From: Amoebophrya sp. A120
Taxonomy: Eukaryota; Protista; Dinoflagellata
DNA: 64,000 bases
Direction of reading: 5' to 3'
Assembly (NCBI GenBank): GCA_905178155.1
Contig: CAJINV010000005.1
Location: 1,800,054 to 1,864,053, forward strand
Part shown: positions 59,601 to 64,000 of the stretch, piece by piece
Numbering within the stretch: position 1 is the first letter of the stretch
Layout: the number at the start of each line of letters is the position of its first letter
The notes under the pieces: generated by a model
Databases searched by the model: none
What the model was told of the DNA's origin: nothing
What the model saw: the letters and a program-made list of their open reading frames with translations, nothing else
Made by a program: the position numbers and the translations under genes

Positions 59601-61728
59601 GACTTGGTTGCCGAGAGCACAGAAGCGCTTATTTCCTTCTCTACAACTTCCGGCGAGCTCGGAGGGGTTTGGGTCGCTGGCGTGCGAAATGGTAATGAAC
59701 CGTGTGCATCTACTTCACACGATTTTCCGACGTCCTTTTTTCCTGGCGTAGTAATTTCTTCTTCTAGAACTGCTGCAGTAGTCGGTAAAGGAAACTCGCC
59801 TGGAGCAGCTTCGATCATACCTAGAGGACTTCTCGATTCCCCGGCATCATGACCTTCTTGCTCCGGCTTGTCTACTGCGTTACTTGTCCCTTGAAAATGT
59901 TGCTCTTCTTTTTCTCCTCCTTGACCGTGCTGCAAAAAATGGTAGCACCGCCATTCGCTGGGTAGTTTCTCGAAGTGCCGCTTGTGGGAATGCTTTTTCG
60001 TGTTCAGGACTAGGTCAACCAAAGGGCTCCTGCTGTCGTGTTTAATATTACACGTCGAATCATGATCTCCGTGAACCATGGCGACAATCTCCACGTCGCA
60101 GTCGACTGACAAATCGACCTTCCAGGAGGGAAACATGCGGGTGATGTTACCTGCAATGACAGCCTTGAGCCTGTCCGTCGTTGCTGGAAGATGAACTGGT
60201 GACGCAGGAACTGCTCCTGCATTTCTCGTCGTAGCAGCAGCTGAAGTAGAGCCTGACGAGGAACTCGACTTTGTCGTCCGTCCAAGTTTGAGCACGGAAA
60301 CGCGAAACGACAGCTGCTGCCCGTTTTGTTCGTTACCAAATATAGCCGCCCGCCGGGGCGGAGGTAGTGAGGTCGTGGGCGTTTTCTTGCCGGCCGTCGC
60401 CTTGGCCGCGGCTTTGCTTTTTCTGGGCCCGCCATACCGTCGCGAGTAACGTTAGGCCGCACGGTATGGCGGCCGCTTGATAAACGTTGCAAATTTTGGC
60501 AAATTTCCGATATTTCTTTCCGCAAGCCAGCCCCCATGCTATGGGGCCGATCCGGGTGCCACGGGGGGCGCCCAAAAAGCGAAGGGAAATCGGGCCCATA
60601 GCATGCGGATTGGCTTTGCGCGTCTGGCGCGCTTTTGCTTTTTTGCGTTTTTATTTTTCTAGCCGGCGCTTTTTGCAAAGCTTCCCAGGCTCTGAAACCG
60701 GCGAAAATGCGGCCGCTTTCGTGGCCGCCCAAAATGCTCCGAAATCGCGGCCGTGCCATGCTGTTTCGCTGTTCTGATTTTGGGCGCGTTTTTTTCGCGC
60801 CCCTTTTTGGGCGCCCCAAACCGCCAGAAACCAAGGCGGTGGGCGCCTCAGAAGGGCGCCCCTTTTGCTGGCTTCGCTGCGTCGTTTTACCCAGCGTCGA
60901 TCGATAGAATCCGCTGGCGATTCGGTGCCGACACAGCCAAAGCCGCTTGAAAATTGAAAATTTTTTTTGTGCAAAAAGCCCTCCGGCCGCTTGAAAACTG
61001 CCGGTCGTTTTTCACGGTAGGTGGCAAAAAAACTCCCCGGCTAGAACCGTTCGGTGACCTCACTACATACCACTTTGTTCGTTTTCTGCTGTGGCCACGA
61101 GATCTTCGACTTGCTCGTGTGACATCAACGAACGCTCGACACCCTTGGTCCGCAGCGCACGCGCCTCCGCCACGGCTCGCACCCAAGTGCTTCTTCGCTG
61201 TTCAAACATTGAATTTTGGGTGGTCCTCTCTGTGGTCGCAGAAAGGAGCGCCTGACAACTTCCAGACCACAAGTGCACATAGGGAACGCCGCCAAGTGCC
61301 CACGGGTGGTGGAGGAGCGAAATCAACTTTTTCTTCTCCGACAACAACTTGTTCTTGGTCTCTACTCCAGACGTCGCTCTGACGTCTACGACAACTGCTT
61401 CCTCGTTTATCACTTTCCTTCGTAAGAAAACAGGCACGGCTTGGAGGTCTACCCCGTTTATTTGTCGTCCGGCGACGGTCTTCTCGCTTGCAGTGTTGTT
61501 CTGCATGGTGCACTGCTGGTTGACAGCATCACAAACGCTGTCGTACCCCACCACCGAGAACGCACCACTATCGCATTCTCCGACCGCATGGCAAATCTCC
61601 TCCTCGAACCCGGGTGCCGCCAGGTAGACGTACGTCAAAGGGGCCAACATCGCGTCAGACTCAGTGGCGTTGTCGCCGAAGGAAGAGCATGATGGGTGTG
61701 CTGGAGTGCGGCCGTGGTGGTCCGTCAT
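56625..61728 (-). CDS. THUMP-domain RNA methyltransferase (THUMPD2/3, Trm14-like) fused to S4-like and degenerate RluA-type pseudouridine synthase domains; 3 exons
   Basis: THUMP/MTase: YLAAPGFEEE, SFRVSV, FPSWKVDL, TLRPSTAYLLL, ILDSMGGQGTIACEA, DFVVVDLPFG. Psi-synthase-like: LLWENESFLAVQKPFGMAVHG, YALPDNVAGPILVAKT, GFPILG (rebuilt across an intron). Confidence 0.8.
57047..57370. mobile_element. TIR introner, family C (TATCAAAAGGAAAAAT)
   Basis: ~48-bp TIR: left tatcaaaaggaaaaatcccccctcccca vs reverse complement of right tatcaaaaggaaaaattcctcctcccaa; flanks attct/atttt; removal gives QGCKN-AGFPILG. Confidence 0.9.
60335..61073. mobile_element. 739-bp GC-rich intronic insertion with 10-bp direct repeat
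   Basis: tttgttcgtt at 60325-60334 and 61074-61083; subterminal inverted repeat gtagtgaggtc (60364) / gacctcactac (61056); removal with one repeat gives ATAENEQ-NGQQLSFRVSV in frame. Confidence 0.85.
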
Positions 61729-62684
61729 GTTTTTATAAAGGAATACAGGAGCAGGATAGGAGCTGGGATAGTGATAGATATCTTAAAGACACATTGCTCC
61801 TCACAAGGACGAATTGCTTCTATAGACAACAGGAACAGGAGCGAGAGGTCTAATTCAAATGACAACCAAGCACAAGAACTCCAACAAACCTGCAAGATAG
61901 AATAGTAAACCAGAAAAAGACGATCGAAGGTTGCAACAGATGAGCTTTTTTTTCATCATGATTGATCCACTTTTTAAATGATCCAAGAGCATGATAAATG
62001 ACCTTCTTTATTCCCCTCCGTCTATGATGCGTGTTTTCGTGTTTCCAAGTAATCCGACCTGATCATGATCCCACTCGGACTCTGCTGTCCTCGGATCCGA
62101 TAGTTTCTTTCGAACCAGGACGATCAGGATGATCGAGTACATATCTAGGTCGTGGCTCTGGCTAGCTGACTAAATTATATGGATCCCATTCCAGATACAG
62201 ATTTTCTTCGTCCTCTTGTTCGGGAGGACATGATCCTTGATTCCATGGTTACTCGCAAGGTGCGAGGAGCAGATTCCAGGAAAAGGACCTTGAAACACAG
62301 ATGATGCAGCCACGACAAAGGAGGGCGACGGACGAGCCAGTTGTGTTGCACTTGATAATATCCAGCTTCATTTACTTGCAGGACGGCATTCAGTATGTAA
62401 TTCAATCATTCAAGCCACGGCCGTCACTGTGATCATGCGGCTTCCGTCTCGACTGGACTGGTCTTACGACCACCATGAGAATCTCGCTACAAACTCGATT
62501 TCTGTACCCAAAAAACCAATTTGTAGCGGCCAGGTCGTGTCCTCACTTGACCTTGCTAAGAAAAGCAGACTGCCTTCCTTGATTACCCGCATTATACACG
62601 CGCACGGATCTTGTTCACGGATCATTGCAGCACTATGAATACGAAAACACCAGCATACAGATGAAATCCGGGAAAACCACAAAT

Positions 62685-63812
62685 CTACGGCAGTCTCTCC
62701 GCACTGTAGTCGCACCTGACGTGCTGATCGTTCATTCGTCTCCGCCCGAACGAAATGTGTCCCGTATCGGCAGTCACGTTGAAGTCCTGCTTCGCGTAGT
62801 GCCCGTTTCCCGGCATTTTGAAGCGACGCGCGTACAAATCGATGATGTATCTCCAGGTGAGCTCGTGGTTGAAGAACTCCTTATCAATGTAAAAGTGTCT
62901 GGGTCTGGAAGAATGCAACCTGTCATGCTCATCTGAAGCATGCAAAAATCTGTGTTGCATGATTACCAAAAGTCGTCCAGTTTTGCTATTGACCAAGTCG
63001 GGAGGGAGTTTCTCATGCAGGATAGGCATGAGAGAGATCGCGCAGACTCTGGCATGCTAGGTCCTGCATTCCAGACCTCATGGGTCATGGAAAAGATGCA
63101 GGACAAGTCGCGCACTCTTCCAGACCCAGACATTTTTGCAATTGATACTCCTCGTCGGTCAACAAATTCCACCGGGACGCCAAGTACTCCGCCCCGGTTT
63201 CGCTTTCCTCCCGGGCAAACGTATCCACATCTTCACCCGGGTCTCGCTTACTCGGTCCCACGGCGCAGAGCCGTTGGTCCACGTAGCCGAGGCGGCCGGC
63301 TTTGAGGCGGTCCGAGGGGTAGCTATCTTCGTTGGAGAACGTCGCGGGCCGCATGTACTGGTAAATTTCGTCGTTGCGTGATGTCGGAGGTGGCGGGGTT
63401 CCTCCAGATTTTTGACTTGAAATAGATGTTGCACTTGAAGTGGATGAAGATGTGGCGCTGCTCCCTCTGGTTCTGCTGACGTCCTCCCGCTTTGATATTA
63501 TCTTCTGTTCTTGACCAAGTTTCCCACAGGTCGTGTAGGGCACCCGGAAAGAGTGTCGCTTCGCGGTTGCAATCACCCGATTGAAAATGGTGTCTTCGTC
63601 GAAGAGAGGGAGCGGCTTGTCGACCGTCTTCCTCTCTGTCCCTACCGGTCCCACGAGCTCCCTCCGAACATTCTCCCACACCGCCTCGTAGTACGGCGAC
63701 AAACTGAGCGCAAACACCGTGGCCAGCTCGTTGAACTTGTGCGCCCGGCGAAGCACGTTCAGGAGGAGAATGTTGGTCCGGAAGCAACACCGGTGCGCGA
63801 ACCGCGTGTGGA
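62685..63812 (-). CDS. Hypothetical protein, 5' part outside window
   Basis: ORFs 63085..63885 and 62685..63029 join in frame (LLTDE-EFFNHELTWRY) after removing an introner; no recognised domain; 3' end uncertain. Confidence 0.65.
62882..63147. mobile_element. TIR introner, family A
   Basis: Ends tatcaatgtaaaagtgtctgggtctggaaga / tcttccagacccagacatttttgcaattgata; perfect TSD ctcct; internal similarity to 3969-4240. Confidence 0.93.
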
Positions 63813-64000
63813 TATGCATTGCAAATATCGATCTGGGTCTGAAAGCATGATGTAAACTTCTGCAGCTGCGTGTTTCACACCACACAAAAATCTGTCATTC
63901 ATGCACCGCAATAAAAGTTGCTCATTTATTCTTGTCACCAAAAAAATCCGGCATTTGTCATGCACACTAGGCATTGCGAAACCTGCTCAAGACCTGTGAT
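63813..64000. mobile_element. Partial TIR introner truncated by the window edge
   Basis: Starts tatgcattgcaaatatcgatctgggtctgaaag, combining a family D-like end with a family A-like ctgggtctg motif. Confidence 0.65.

Overview
Eukaryotic genomic DNA, most consistent with a syndinian dinoflagellate such as Amoebophrya. This is inferred from all genes lying on one strand, Ser/Thr-rich low-complexity protein expansions and dense non-GT-AG repeat introns. Six minus-strand genes can be reconstructed: a multi-exon acidic repeat protein (~3.8-13.3 kb), an EEF1AKMT4/METTL13-like SAM methyltransferase, a C2/SH3-like/HECT E3 ligase (18.6-33.3 kb), an intronless ~6,800-aa RNF213-like AAA+/RZ-finger protein with N-terminal NHL repeats and no visible RING, a THUMP-methyltransferase fused to an apparently inactive RluA-type pseudouridine synthase, and a partial unknown gene. 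The main structural signal is ~18 short (150-400 bp) inverted-repeat insertions from several sequence families. They follow one rule: the core begins TAT and ends ATA, is flanked by a 5-bp target duplication (9 perfect), and removing core+5 nt gives an open reading frame that rebuilds conserved motifs where these exist. None of the 9 perfect cases can be excised this way with GT-AG ends. The first 3.6 kb is a non-coding array of nested hairpin repeats. All junctions were reconstructed by eye and need RNA-seq confirmation.
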